A stretch of DNA of 64,000 nt from Pseudomonadota bacterium. GTDB taxonomy: Archaea; Thermoplasmatota; SW-10-69-26; JACQPN01; JAJPHT01. The notes under the pieces were generated by a model that did no database searches, was not told the DNA's origin, and worked only from the letters and a program-made list of their open reading frames with translations. Numbering within the stretch: the stretch's first letter is position 1; each line of letters starts with the position of its first letter. Of the stretch, positions 44,140 to 54,047 are shown piece after piece. The stretch is taken from the NCBI GenBank assembly GCA_021325135.1, contig JAJPHT010000030.1:128001-192000 (forward strand), in the 5' to 3' direction. Both the position numbers and the translations under genes were made by a program.

Positions 44140-45819
44140 TCACCTCACCTGGTAGACGCGCCACTGGCCGGCCTGCGAGACGAGCCTCGCGCCCGAGAGC
44201 CACGACTCGTCGGCCTTGCCCTTCTGCGCGTCCTTGTCGGTGTACTTGTCGACGACGGCGTAGAGCGCGCCGTGCGACTCGGACATGGCCGCCGATCGCT
44301 GCGCCTCGTCGCGATAGCAATCGGGGCAGTAGCGCACCTGGTCGGGGTTGCCCGTCGCCTTCAGGAAGAGGCCGGGCTGCCACGAGTAGACGATGATGCG
44401 CGCGCCGGGGTCCTTGTCGACCATGGCGTTCGTGTCCTTGATGAGCGAGTATTCGGCGTTGGTGTAGAGGCGGTACCACGGGTAGGGGTGGGCGGGCGCG
44501 GCCTGCACGGCGCCCGCGACGAGGAGCACCGCCGCGATGGAGGCCACGGGGGCGATCCACGAGGCGCGGCGCGGGGCCCGCAGCGGGCGCCACGCGAGCA
44601 GCGCGCCCACGACGGTCGCGACGGCGGCGCCCGCGAGGAGCGCCACGCCCAGCGAGAGGTAGACCACCGTGCGCTGCGGCCAGAACGAGCTGTTGAACAC
44701 GTTGAGGGCCGTGAGCGGGTAGGTGAACGCGCAGAGGCCCACGCCCAGGTCGCCCAGGGACGAGGGGGCGATGAACGCCACCGCGAGCCCCGCGAGGCCC
44801 AGGTCCAGCGCGACGCGGCCCAGCATGTTGCGGTAGTTGACGCCGGGCTGCGGCGTGCGCGCGAGCAGCTGCACCGCGGCGAGCGCGACCGCGGCGCACG
44901 CGATGCCCAACGCGATGCGCGTGGGGCGCGAGAGGCGCACGCGGGCGAGGCCCGCCACGAGGAGGACGCCGGGCGCGGCGACGAGGCCCAGCACCACGAC
45001 GAAGACCGGGAAGAGCAGGACGCCCGGCAGGCTCAGCGCGGAGAGGACGCGCAGCGGCCCCAGGTGGTCGAAGAACGACGCGAAGCCGCTGTCCGTGTGG
45101 TCCCAGCGCGACGCGATGGCGAAGGAGGCGCCCAGCACGACCATGATGGCGCCGGGCAGGAGGCGGCGCAGCGAGGGCTCGAAGGGCGCGCCCTCGCGCA
45201 GCACGCGGAGCGCCAGCCAGATGGCCGCGGGGACGAGCATGAGGGGCACGACCCACGGGTGCGCGAAGGCGAGGGCCGCCGTGAGCACGGCGAAGAGCGC
45301 GATGGCGCCCCCCTGCTGCGAGCGCGAGGCGCCGCTCTCCGTCGCCAGGACGAAGGCGAGCAGGTAGGCGGGGATCATCGCCATGTCCAGCGCGGTGGGG
45401 AAGTAGAGCTCCGTGCGGAAGATGTGCTCGGGCATGACCGCCACGAGCAGCGCCGCCACGAGGCCCGCCACGGGGCCGGAGAGCTTGTTGGCCAGCGCGA
45501 ACGTGCCGACGATGGCCAGCGCGCCGAACGCGATGGGCGCGAACATGACCCACGTCTCCAGGGGCGTCCCGGAGTCCGCGGCGAGCACGCCGCCCAGCGC
45601 GTGGAGGCCGGGAGGATATCCGGTCCCTCCGAGCCACTGCGAGCCGCCGAACCAGCCGCGCGCCAGCGCCTCCTTGGTGAGGACGAGGTGCGTGTAGGGG
45701 TCCTCGGCGCCGATGACCGGCGTGGAGAGGGGGTCGTGGAGCCGGAGCGCGCACCCGAGCACGACGATGCCGAGCAGCAGGGCCGGGCCCGCGACGTCCA
45801 TGACGCGGACGCGAGACAT
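44140..45819 (-). CDS. Multi-TM GT-C-like glycosyltransferase
   Basis: TM1 followed by an acidic loop (GAEDPYTH), YPPGLH, more than 10 TMs and a C-terminal soluble domain; adjacent to a lipid-phosphate GT2. Confidence 0.75.
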   Translation of the reverse strand: MSRVRVMDVAGPALLLGIVVLGCALRLHDPLSTPVIGAEDPYTHLVLTKEALARGWFGGSQWLGGTGYPPGLHALGGVLAADSGTPLETWVMFAPIAFGALAIVGTFALANKLSGPVAGLVAALLVAVMPEHIFRTELYFPTALDMAMIPAYLLAFVLATESGASRSQQGGAIALFAVLTAALAFAHPWVVPLMLVPAAIWLALRVLREGAPFEPSLRRLLPGAIMVVLGASFAIASRWDHTDSGFASFFDHLGPLRVLSALSLPGVLLFPVFVVVLGLVAAPGVLLVAGLARVRLSRPTRIALGIACAAVALAAVQLLARTPQPGVNYRNMLGRVALDLGLAGLAVAFIAPSSLGDLGVGLCAFTYPLTALNVFNSSFWPQRTVVYLSLGVALLAGAAVATVVGALLAWRPLRAPRRASWIAPVASIAAVLLVAGAVQAAPAHPYPWYRLYTNAEYSLIKDTNAMVDKDPGARIIVYSWQPGLFLKATGNPDQVRYCPDCYRDEAQRSAAMSESHGALYAVVDKYTDKDAQKGKADESWLSGARLVSQAGQWRVYQVR

Positions 45820-45971
45820 TGCGGGACGCTTCACGGAGCGGGCCAAGGCGGTTCAGGTACACTCTTCGAAACACGAGGCCCTCCGGAGCGCGCGCTGCCT
45901 GCCTGCACGCTCTCCCGGGCTTCGATGCTCGTCAGGCAAACGTTTTCCCCGAAGAGGCCCAGGGGCGCCGC

Positions 45972-47264
45972 GTGGCCTCGCTGCGAGAGCACCTGCGCGA
46001 CCCGCTCTACGCCAACGGCTATGCCCTGGTCGCCAACGCGGGCGCCTCCGCGCTCCTGGGCTTCCTCTTCTGGATCGTCGCCGCGCGCCGCTTCGCGCCC
46101 GAGAGCCTGGGCGTGGGCGCCGCCGTCGTGAGCGCCGCCACGCTCGCGGCCCTCGTGGGGAAGGCGGGCTTCGACGCCGCCATCATCCGCTACGGCCCGG
46201 GCCTGGGCCGCCGCGAATTGGAGCGTCTCCTCGCCCGCGCCGCGGCCGCGACGCTCCTCCTCACGGGCCTCGTGGCCCTCGTCGTGCTGGCCTTGGCGGT
46301 GGAGGGCGTCGAGACGCTGGACGCGCTGCGCGCGCCCGTCGCCGCGCTGGGCTTCGTGCTCCTCGCCGTGGGCACCGGCGCCGCGTGGGTGTTCGACGCC
46401 TACTTCGTGAGCGAGCAGGCGGGCGTCCTCGTCTTCGCGCGCAACCTCGCCTTCAACGGCCTCAAGCTCGCGGCGCCCTTCGTCGTCGCGGCGAGCCTGG
46501 GCGACGAGGCGGTGCCCGTGGCGTGGGGCCTGGGCCTGGCCGCCTCGCTGGCGTTCGCCTTCGCCGTCACGCTGCCGCGCCTCGCGCGCCACCCCGCGCA
46601 GGGGCTGCCCGCCGCGCCCGCGCGCGAGATGCTGGGCTACGCGGCGCGCAACTACGCGCTCAACCTCAGCGAGTTCCTGCCGGGCCTCGTCTTCCCCATC
46701 CTGGTCCTGGGCGCCATGGGCCCCGCGGAGAACGCGCGCTTCTACCTTGCCTGGACCGTCGCCACCGTGGCGTTCCTCGCGAGCAAGGCCATCACGCAGT
46801 CGAGCTTCGCCGCGCTGGTGCGCCCCGGCCCCGCGGGCCCCGCGCTGCGCAAGGCGTTCCTTCTCTCCCTCATCGTGCTGGGGCCCATGATGGTGGGCCT
46901 CTTCGCGCTGGGGGGGACGCTCCTGGGCGTCTTCGGCGACCACTACGCGCAGGGCGCGGAGCTGCTGCGCATCCTCGCGATCTCCATCGCGCCGGTCGCC
47001 ATCTCCAACGTCTACCTCTCCTACCTCAAGGCGCGCCGGCCCGCGCTGGAGCTGACACTCCTGCCCGCGATCACCATGGCCGCGCTCCTTGCGCTGACGC
47101 CCTTCGCCCTGGTCCGCCTGGGCATCCTGGGCGTCGGCTTCGTGTGGCTCGGCGTGCAATCGCTCGCGGGCCTCTACTCCGCCGTCCGCCTTGTCGCCAT
47201 CCTGAGGAGGTCCTCCGTTGACGAACCCCGAACCGCTCTCCGTGGTCATCCTCACGAAGGATGA
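45972..47264 (+). CDS. Polysaccharide flippase (Wzx/MOP family)
   Basis: LGFLFWIVAARRF..ESLG, GFDAAIIRY, about 12 TMs, LFGxxYA-like motif. Confidence 0.88.
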   Translation: MASLREHLRDPLYANGYALVANAGASALLGFLFWIVAARRFAPESLGVGAAVVSAATLAALVGKAGFDAAIIRYGPGLGRRELERLLARAAAATLLLTGLVALVVLALAVEGVETLDALRAPVAALGFVLLAVGTGAAWVFDAYFVSEQAGVLVFARNLAFNGLKLAAPFVVAASLGDEAVPVAWGLGLAASLAFAFAVTLPRLARHPAQGLPAAPAREMLGYAARNYALNLSEFLPGLVFPILVLGAMGPAENARFYLAWTVATVAFLASKAITQSSFAALVRPGPAGPALRKAFLLSLIVLGPMMVGLFALGGTLLGVFGDHYAQGAELLRILAISIAPVAISNVYLSYLKARRPALELTLLPAITMAALLALTPFALVRLGILGVGFVWLGVQSLAGLYSAVRLVAILRRSSVDEPRTALRGHPHEG

Positions 47265-48162
47265 GGCAGTGAATTTGCCCGAATGCCTCGACGCCACGCT
47301 CGCGCAGATGCGCGGCGAGGACGAGGCGATCGTGGTGGACTCGGCCAGCCGCGACGCCACCGTCCCCCTGGCCGAGGGCTATGCGCAGCGCGAGCCCGGC
47401 CGCGTCCGCGTGAAGGCCTATCCGGTCAACGTCAGCTTCGGCGCCGCGCGCAACGCCGGCATCGAGATGGCGCGCCACGACCTCATCGTGTTCGTGAGCG
47501 CCGACGCCGTCCCCGAGCCGGGCTGGCTCGACGCCATCCGCCGCGCGGCGGGGAACGCGGACATCGTGTACGGCCGCCAGCGCCACGCGCCCCCCACCGA
47601 CAACGCGGCCACCGTCTCGCGCGGCCTGCGCTATCGCCACTTCGAGGTCGCAAGCGACGGCCTTCCCGAGCGCTACGCCTCCAACGTGAACGCGGCCTAC
47701 CGGCGCTTCGCCTTCGACACGCTGAGCTTCGACGAGCACGCGCAGGGCGCGGAGGACGTGGCCTTCGCCAAGGAGGCGCGCCTCGCGGGCCTGCGCATCG
47801 CCTACGCGCCCGACGCCGTCGTCCGCCACAAGGACGTCGCCTCGTGGAAGGGCGAGTGGCGCAAGCACCAGCGCGAGGGCGCGGCCTACGCGCAGCTCCA
47901 CCGCCTGCTGGGGGCGCCCAAGGGGCACCTCGCCTGGGCGGTCGCCGTGGCCGGCATGGGGCTCATCGCCGTCGTGAGCGGCAACCTGTGGGTCCTGGGC
48001 GGCACGCTCCTCGTCTTCTTCGCGCCGACGCTGCGCCGCCTCGCCAGCCCCGTCGCGCGCAAATACAAGCCGCTCCCCCTGCTCAAGGGCGCCGCGGCCT
48101 CCCCCCTCTTCGACCTCGCCTTCGTCAGCGCGTACCTCAAGCGGAGGATCGTCCATGCCTGA
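47218..48162 (+). CDS. Glycosyltransferase family 2
   Basis: SVVILTKDE, VDSASRDAT, ARNAGI, SAD (DxD variant), AEDVAF. Confidence 0.9.
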   Translation: MTNPEPLSVVILTKDEAVNLPECLDATLAQMRGEDEAIVVDSASRDATVPLAEGYAQREPGRVRVKAYPVNVSFGAARNAGIEMARHDLIVFVSADAVPEPGWLDAIRRAAGNADIVYGRQRHAPPTDNAATVSRGLRYRHFEVASDGLPERYASNVNAAYRRFAFDTLSFDEHAQGAEDVAFAKEARLAGLRIAYAPDAVVRHKDVASWKGEWRKHQREGAAYAQLHRLLGAPKGHLAWAVAVAGMGLIAVVSGNLWVLGGTLLVFFAPTLRRLASPVARKYKPLPLLKGAAASPLFDLAFVSAYLKRRIVHA

Positions 48163-49501
48163 AGCCCCCAAGCCCCGAGAGACCACCTTCCTCCTCATCC
48201 TCGACGCCTGCCGCCGCGACTACCTGACGCCGGAGAACGCGCCCTTCCTGCACGGCCTCATGGAGCGCGGCCTCACCGCCAGCATCGAGAGCCCTCCGGG
48301 CTTCACGCAGCGCACGACCATGTTCACCGGGACGTATCCCGACACCAGCAACGCGTTCAGCGCGTTCGGGTACGACCCCGAGAACTCGCCCTTCAAGTGG
48401 GTGGGGAAGCTCGGCCCGGTCGCGCGCGCCTACCAGCCGCGCAAGGTGATGTACCCCATGCGCATGGCGGTGAAGCGCATCAGCCGCTGGGCCAGCGGCC
48501 AGTACCACACCGACCCCGCGTGGATCCCCGGTCCCTACCTGCCCGCGTTCAGCGTCGTGGAGGACCACAAGCCCATCTTCGAGGAGAACGCGATGCCGCT
48601 CACGGGCATCTTCGACCTCCTGCGCGCGCAGGGCCGGACGTTCAAGTACCTCGCGCACCCCATCAGCGGGAACGACGACGAGATCCACAAGATGGTCCTC
48701 GACACGTTCCGGCAGCGCGAGGACCACGCCTTCGTCTTCGCGCAGTTCAGCAACCTCGACGAGGGCGCGCACCACAAGGGGCCCCTGGTCCCCGAGGGTT
48801 TCGTGCCCGCCAAGACGCAGACCGACGCGGACCGCGCCTTCATGGCCAAGGAGATCCGCGAGATCGACCGCAAGTGCCGCGAGATCCACCAGACGCTCGC
48901 GGAGAACTACCAGACGTTCCACTTCCTGGCCATCGGCGACCACGGCATGGCGCCCGTCATGGAGAAGGTGAACGTGCTGAAGATGGTCGAGTCGCTCCCC
49001 CTCAAGGCGGGGCGGGACTACACGCTGTTCCTCAACAGCACCATCGCCAACGCGTGGTTCCACACCGAGAAGGCCGAGCGCGAGATCCGCGCCCTCTTCA
49101 CCGACAAGCCCTACGGGCGCATCATCGAGGCCGAGGAGCGCCGGCAGCGCCGCATCCCGCTGGACCGCCGCTACGGCGACCTCCTCTTTGCCGCGGACCC
49201 GGGCGTCCTCTTCTGGCCTGACTACTTCCACGTCGTCGAGCACGACATCAAGGGGATGCACGGCTACCTGGAGAAGGGCATCCACGGCGACGAGCCGCCC
49301 CGCGCGGGCCAGGAGACGTGGGGCGCCGAGACGACGGGCGTTCTCTGCATGGACTCGCCCCTCGCCCGCGAGCGCAAGGACCTCGGCCTGCGCAACCTCG
49401 TCGACGTGTTCCCGACGCTCTGCGCGCTCGCGGGCGTGGACGTGCCCGGCCACAACGAGGGGCGCTCCTTCCTGGAGGGGCCCGGCCTCGCGCTCGCGTG
49501 A
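48155..49501 (+). CDS. Alkaline phosphatase superfamily protein (nucleotide pyrophosphatase/phosphodiesterase-like)
   Basis: LILDACR, FTGTYP, LDEGAHHKG, GDHGM, GMHGY, DVFPTL. Confidence 0.88.
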   Translation: MPEAPKPRETTFLLILDACRRDYLTPENAPFLHGLMERGLTASIESPPGFTQRTTMFTGTYPDTSNAFSAFGYDPENSPFKWVGKLGPVARAYQPRKVMYPMRMAVKRISRWASGQYHTDPAWIPGPYLPAFSVVEDHKPIFEENAMPLTGIFDLLRAQGRTFKYLAHPISGNDDEIHKMVLDTFRQREDHAFVFAQFSNLDEGAHHKGPLVPEGFVPAKTQTDADRAFMAKEIREIDRKCREIHQTLAENYQTFHFLAIGDHGMAPVMEKVNVLKMVESLPLKAGRDYTLFLNSTIANAWFHTEKAEREIRALFTDKPYGRIIEAEERRQRRIPLDRRYGDLLFAADPGVLFWPDYFHVVEHDIKGMHGYLEKGIHGDEPPRAGQETWGAETTGVLCMDSPLARERKDLGLRNLVDVFPTLCALAGVDVPGHNEGRSFLEGPGLALA

Positions 49502-49513
49502 GGTGCGGGCCGC

Positions 49514-50440
49514 ATGCTCGACTTCGCGTTCACCGAAGGCTCCGACCCCGCCGCCCGCGAGCGCGTGCGCCGCGACCTCGCGCGCATCGTGGACGCCTGC
49601 CGCGCCGCGGACGCGCGCCTTCACGCCCTCGTGCTCACCGGGGGCTTCAGCCGCGGCGAGGGCACCGTGCGCGACGGCGCTCCTGTCAACGACTACGACC
49701 TCGTCGCGGTCCGCGCGGCCCCCGGGGGGCGGGCGCGATATCAGCACGTCTCGGCCGTCCTGACGCAGGACCTTGGCATCGAGGTGGACCTCATGCCCGT
49801 CTGGAGCGCGCGCCTGCCCCGCGTCGGCCGCAAGCTCTTCTGGCTGGACCTGCGCCTGGGCGGCCGCGTGCTCCACGGCGACGAGGGCGTGCTGGGAAGG
49901 CTGCCGCGCTTCGACGCGCGCGACCTCGACCCCCGCGAGCCCGCGCGCCTCCTGGGGAACCGCGCCGCGGGGCTGCTCCTGGCCCTTCCGGAGCCCGGCC
50001 AGCCCACCGACGAGCGCCAGGTCGCCCTCCAGAGCGCGAAGGCCGTGCTCGCGGCCATGGACGCTCGCCTCCTCCACGAGGGGCTCTACGCGGCGCGCCT
50101 GCGCGAGCGGCTGGACCTCGCCAAGGGGCACCCGGACCACGCCCTCTTCGCCCAGGCCGTGGACTGGAAGCTCGCCGACCGCGACCTGCCCGCCCCCTCG
50201 TGGGACGAGGCGCGGCGCGCGCTCCTGGAGGCCGTGCAGGCGACGCGCGCCGAGCGCCACGCGGACGGGTGGACGGAGCGCGCCTTCCATCTCCTGTACG
50301 CCCGCCGGTTCCGCGCGAGCCCCAGCCGCGACGTGCGCCACGCGGCGTGGCAGCTCCTCCGCCGCGTCCACCTCTCGCAGGGGATCGAGCGCAGCGTCAA
50401 GGAGGAGTTCTTCGCGGCGCGCGCCCGGACGCTGCAATAG
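49514..50440 (+). CDS. Pol-beta-superfamily nucleotidyltransferase with helical C-terminal domain
   Basis: LTGGFSRGEG...NDYDL (G[G/S]...DxD), third Asp in EVDL. Confidence 0.75.
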   Translation: MLDFAFTEGSDPAARERVRRDLARIVDACRAADARLHALVLTGGFSRGEGTVRDGAPVNDYDLVAVRAAPGGRARYQHVSAVLTQDLGIEVDLMPVWSARLPRVGRKLFWLDLRLGGRVLHGDEGVLGRLPRFDARDLDPREPARLLGNRAAGLLLALPEPGQPTDERQVALQSAKAVLAAMDARLLHEGLYAARLRERLDLAKGHPDHALFAQAVDWKLADRDLPAPSWDEARRALLEAVQATRAERHADGWTERAFHLLYARRFRASPSRDVRHAAWQLLRRVHLSQGIERSVKEEFFAARARTLQ

Positions 50441-51548
50441 CCTCCGCGAGCACGCGCTCGGTGCGCTTCGCCAGGTCGTCCCAGCGGTGCTCCGCCAGCA
50501 CGCGCGCCCTTCCGCGCTGCCCCATGGCCGCGCCCATCTTGGGGTCCTCCAGCACGCGCCGGATCGCCTCCTCCAGCGCGGCCGCGTCGCCGGGCGGGGC
50601 CAGGAGGCCGTTGTCGCCGTGGCGGACGAAGGTGGGGATGCCCCCCATGCGGGAGCCCACCACGGGGCGGCCGCACGCGTTGGCCTCGGCGAGCACCATG
50701 CCGAAGCTCTCGGCGTCGCTGAGGCTGGGCAGCACGACGACGTCGGCGCGCTGGTACTCGCGGGGGAGGTCGTCCTCCTTCACGCGCCCCGCGAAGGAGA
50801 CGCGCTCCTGGAGGCCCTGCGCCCGGGCGCGCCACTGGTAGCGGTCCACGAGGTCGCCCTGCCCCACGACGCGCAGGCGCGCCTCCGGGAGGTCCCTCGC
50901 CAGGCGCGCGAACGCCTGGAAGAGCGTCTCGAACCCTTTCCACTCGTAGGCGCGGTCCACGGGGCCCACGTAGAGGATGCGCCCCGGAACGGGCGGGGGG
51001 CCCGGAGCGAAGCGCTCGGCGTCCACGCCAGGCGGGACGATGGTGCAGGCGCGGTGGCCGAAGACGCGGTCCGCGACGTACTCCGACACCGCGATGCGCG
51101 CCGCGGCGCCCGAGAGGAGCGCGCGCTCGGGGCCCGCGCGATGCGCCCACGCGGCGAGGGCGAGGGGGCTCCCCTTGGGCGCGGCCAGGCGGCCCGCGTG
51201 GTACGTCACGACGTAGGGCACGCGCGCCTGGCGCGCCGCCAGGGCGGCCAATTCCGCGGCGCCCGGGACCGGCGTGTGGACGACGACGACGTGGGGCCGC
51301 GTCTCGCGCAGGAGCCGGCGCGCCTCGGAATGATATCTCAGGGAGAGGGGCGTGTTGGAGAGTCGCGCCCGGGGCAGGACGCCCACCTGGCGGGCGCCGC
51401 CCTCGACGCGCTCGAAGCGGGCCGTCGCGTGGCCGATCTCGGCGACCTCGTGCCCCGCGGCGGCGAGGTGGGCCGAGATGGAGCGCGCGTACCGCTCCAG
51501 GCCGCCCCCCTGGGGGAAGAGGTAGGGCGTGGCGACGAGGAGCCTCAC
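50397..51548 (-). CDS. Glycosyltransferase family 4
   Basis: GGLERY, KGFETL, ESFGMVLAEANACGRPVV. Confidence 0.93.
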   Translation of the reverse strand: MRLLVATPYLFPQGGGLERYARSISAHLAAAGHEVAEIGHATARFERVEGGARQVGVLPRARLSNTPLSLRYHSEARRLLRETRPHVVVVHTPVPGAAELAALAARQARVPYVVTYHAGRLAAPKGSPLALAAWAHRAGPERALLSGAAARIAVSEYVADRVFGHRACTIVPPGVDAERFAPGPPPVPGRILYVGPVDRAYEWKGFETLFQAFARLARDLPEARLRVVGQGDLVDRYQWRARAQGLQERVSFAGRVKEDDLPREYQRADVVVLPSLSDAESFGMVLAEANACGRPVVGSRMGGIPTFVRHGDNGLLAPPGDAAALEEAIRRVLEDPKMGAAMGQRGRARVLAEHRWDDLAKRTERVLAEAIAASGRAPRRTPP

Positions 51549-52672
51549 GACCGCGGGCCCCCCGCGTCCGAGATCGCCATGGCGTGGACGGCCTCCAGGC
51601 GCTCCACGACGCGGGCCCAGGCGTACTCCTTGGCGACGCGGTCGCGGACGTCGGCGGGCGAGCCGAAGCGCTCCGGCGCGCGCCACGCCTCCACGAGCTT
51701 CGCGGCCAGGTCCTCGGGGTCGCCGGGCGTCGCGACGAGGCCCGAGAGGAGCGCCACCTCGCGCACGCCGGGAAGGTCGCTGGCGACGACGGGCGCGCCC
51801 GACGCCATGGCCTCCAGGAGCGCGATGCCGAAGGCCTCCTGGGAGTTGATACTAGGGAGCACGCACACGCGGGCCTCGGCGTAGAGGCGGCGGAGCTCGT
51901 CGCGCGGCACGCGGCCCAGGAACTCCACGGGGGCCTTCAGCGACTCGGCGAGGTCGCGCAGCCGCCGCTCCTGGGGGCCGCTGCCCGCGACGAGGATGGG
52001 CGCTCCGGTCTCGCGGCGCACGTCGCGCGCGGCGCGCAGGAGCACGTCGACGCCCTTGTAGGGCACCAGGCGGCCCACGCAGAGGATCGCCTCGCCGCGG
52101 GGGCGCGTCGCGTCGAACTCCTCCAGGTCGACGCCGTTGGGCACCCAGTCGACGCGGCCCGCGGGGAAGGCGCGCAGCACGGGGGAGGCGCGGGCGTACT
52201 CCATGCTCTTGGCCACGACGCGCGTGGCGCGCCGCATGAGGCGCCCCGCGGTGCGGGCGTGGGCCGCGGCGGCCGCGCGCATGGGCCACGAGGTGCCGTG
52301 CACGTCGAAGTGGTAGTCCAGCACCGTCGCGCGGCCGCGCTTCGCCTGCCGGGCCAGGAGCACGTCCGAGAAGCCCGGGTACGTCGCGGGGACGTGCACG
52401 ACCTCGGCGTCCTCGGGGATCGCGCGCCCCAGCGCCGCGATGGGGTTGCGGAAGAGGGCGCCCAGGCGCCGCACGCGCACGAGGCGGACGCCCTCGGGGG
52501 TCTCCTCGACGCCGGAGGAGCGCGCGCTGGCCACCAGCGTGACCTCGTGCCCGCGGGCGGCGAGGCCGGAGGCCGCTCGGTCGAGGGCCTCCTCGACGCC
52601 GCCGCGCAGCGCGTGGGGATCGTCGCCCTCCTTCGGACGGGGATCGTACGGGCTGACGATGGCGACGCGCAT
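51545..52672 (-). CDS. Glycosyltransferase family 4
   Basis: GGVEE, PNGVD, VGRLVPYKG, EAFGIALLEAMASGAPVV. Confidence 0.93.
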   Translation of the reverse strand: MRVAIVSPYDPRPKEGDDPHALRGGVEEALDRAASGLAARGHEVTLVASARSSGVEETPEGVRLVRVRRLGALFRNPIAALGRAIPEDAEVVHVPATYPGFSDVLLARQAKRGRATVLDYHFDVHGTSWPMRAAAAAHARTAGRLMRRATRVVAKSMEYARASPVLRAFPAGRVDWVPNGVDLEEFDATRPRGEAILCVGRLVPYKGVDVLLRAARDVRRETGAPILVAGSGPQERRLRDLAESLKAPVEFLGRVPRDELRRLYAEARVCVLPSINSQEAFGIALLEAMASGAPVVASDLPGVREVALLSGLVATPGDPEDLAAKLVEAWRAPERFGSPADVRDRVAKEYAWARVVERLEAVHAMAISDAGGPRS

Positions 52673-52852
52673 CGCGCCGGAGCGCGGCTCGGCGGGGAGG
52701 GGGTTTCTGGTTCGATCGGCGAAAACCGCCCCTTCAGGCCGCTTGTGGTACGCTTCTTGACCAGGCCGCTTCCACGAGGGAAGCGTCGTGCGGGGGTCAC
52801 GCGGCGCGGGGGGAATGGGCCCCTGGGCGCCCCTTGTCGATGGGCGGCGGCG

Positions 52853-53233
52853 TCACGGCCTCTCGACGCGGCGGATCGGCTCCTTGTCTCCCGCCGCGTC
52901 GATGGCCACGAAGACGCCCGTGACGCGCAGGACCTCGCGCTCGTCCGGGTCGGCGGGGTGCGCCGCGGTGACGCGCAGGTCGATGGCGAGGCTCGTGCGC
53001 CCCACGCGGGCGACGCGGCCGTAGAAGCTCACCATGTCGCCGGGCGCCACGCGGCTCTGGAAGTCGATCTCGGTGAACGCCTTGGTGACCATGTAGCGGT
53101 TCGCCACCTGGCGGCCGGCGTAGATGGCGCCCGCCTCGTCGACCCACGCCATCATGTTGCCGCCCCAGAGGACTCCGGCGTGGCCCGTGTCCTTGATGAG
53201 GCAGAGGCGCCGCGTGATCAGCTCGAACTCCAC
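52853..53233 (-). CDS. Acyl-CoA thioesterase (hotdog fold)
   Basis: GVLWGGNMMAWVDEAG, VGRTSL, VFVAID. Confidence 0.88.
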   Translation of the reverse strand: MEFELITRRLCLIKDTGHAGVLWGGNMMAWVDEAGAIYAGRQVANRYMVTKAFTEIDFQSRVAPGDMVSFYGRVARVGRTSLAIDLRVTAAHPADPDEREVLRVTGVFVAIDAAGDKEPIRRVERP

Positions 53234-53420
53234 GCGCGCGGATGCCGCCCCGAGAGGAAAAACCCCCTCGGCGCGCGCCGAAGCGGCGCCGCCCCATAGG
53301 AATTCCATCGGAAGCGGGGGTGGCGATGCTGGGCCTTCGATTGCGCCGATTCGACCAGGGGAAATTGAACATGTATCGATTCTTCGTCCCCGTCTTCTTT
53401 CCCCTGGCGTCTCTTGGGCC

Positions 53421-53430
53421 GATATAAAAG
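53421..53430 (+). promoter_or_regulatory. TATA-box-like element
   Basis: GATATAAAAG in an AT-rich intergenic stretch about 50 bp upstream of the H1-like gene. Confidence 0.5.
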
Positions 53431-53479
53431 GACAACCTTATGCACCCTTGGAACGCGTGACGTTTCCACAGGGATTTCC

Positions 53480-53971
53480 ATGCCCTTCCAGAAGGACGGT
53501 TACACGCTGTACAGCCGGACGGTCACCCTGAAGGGCGGCCGCCAGCAGACGATTTACTTCTTCGCGCGCAACAAGCCCAAGTCGGGCTCGCCCGCGGAGC
53601 TCCCCCAGGGCTACGAGGTCGCGACGACCACGCGCACCGGCCTGCCCATCCTGCGCCGCAAGGGCGGCAGCAAGTGGCGCGAGCAGCGCGCCGAGGCCAA
53701 GAAGCGCGCCGCCGAGCGCAAGGCGAAGCGCGAGGCCAAGCGCAAGGCCATGATGGAGGAGCGCAAGGCCCGCGCCAAGGCGCGCCGCGAGGCCGCCAAG
53801 GCCAAGAAGGCCTCCAAGCCCGGCAAGAAGGCGCGCAAGGGCGCCCGCAAGGCCGCCCCCAAGAAGGCCGGCCGCAAGGCGGGCAAGAAGGTCGCCAAGA
53901 AGGCGGGCAAGAAGACCGCCAAGAAGGGCGGCGCCAAGAAGGCCAAGAAGGCCAAGGGCAAGCGCCGCTAA
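53480..53971 (+). CDS. Basic histone-H1-like protein: small beta domain plus Lys/Ala-rich tail
   Basis: YTLYSRTVTLKGGRQQTIYFF...LPQGYEV...RTGLPILRRK, then about 95 aa of KKA/AKK/GKK repeats. Confidence 0.85.
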   Translation: MPFQKDGYTLYSRTVTLKGGRQQTIYFFARNKPKSGSPAELPQGYEVATTTRTGLPILRRKGGSKWREQRAEAKKRAAERKAKREAKRKAMMEERKARAKARREAAKAKKASKPGKKARKGARKAAPKKAGRKAGKKVAKKAGKKTAKKGGAKKAKKAKGKRR

Positions 53972-53987
53972 GCCTTCCTTCGTTTTG

Positions 53988-54010
53988 GGACGCCCCGGAC
54001 CGGGGCGTCC
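53988..54010 (+). terminator. Perfect hairpin after the H1-like gene
   Basis: GGACGCCCCG-GAC-CGGGGCGTCC flanked by T-rich runs. Confidence 0.6.
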
Positions 54011-54047
54011 AACAACCTTTCTATATCGCCTTGCCGACTGCCCGCGC

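Noticed and set aside
53690-53968. Tandem DNA repeat (GCCAAGAAG-like)
   Set aside because: Explained by Lys/Ala codons of the H1-like tail.
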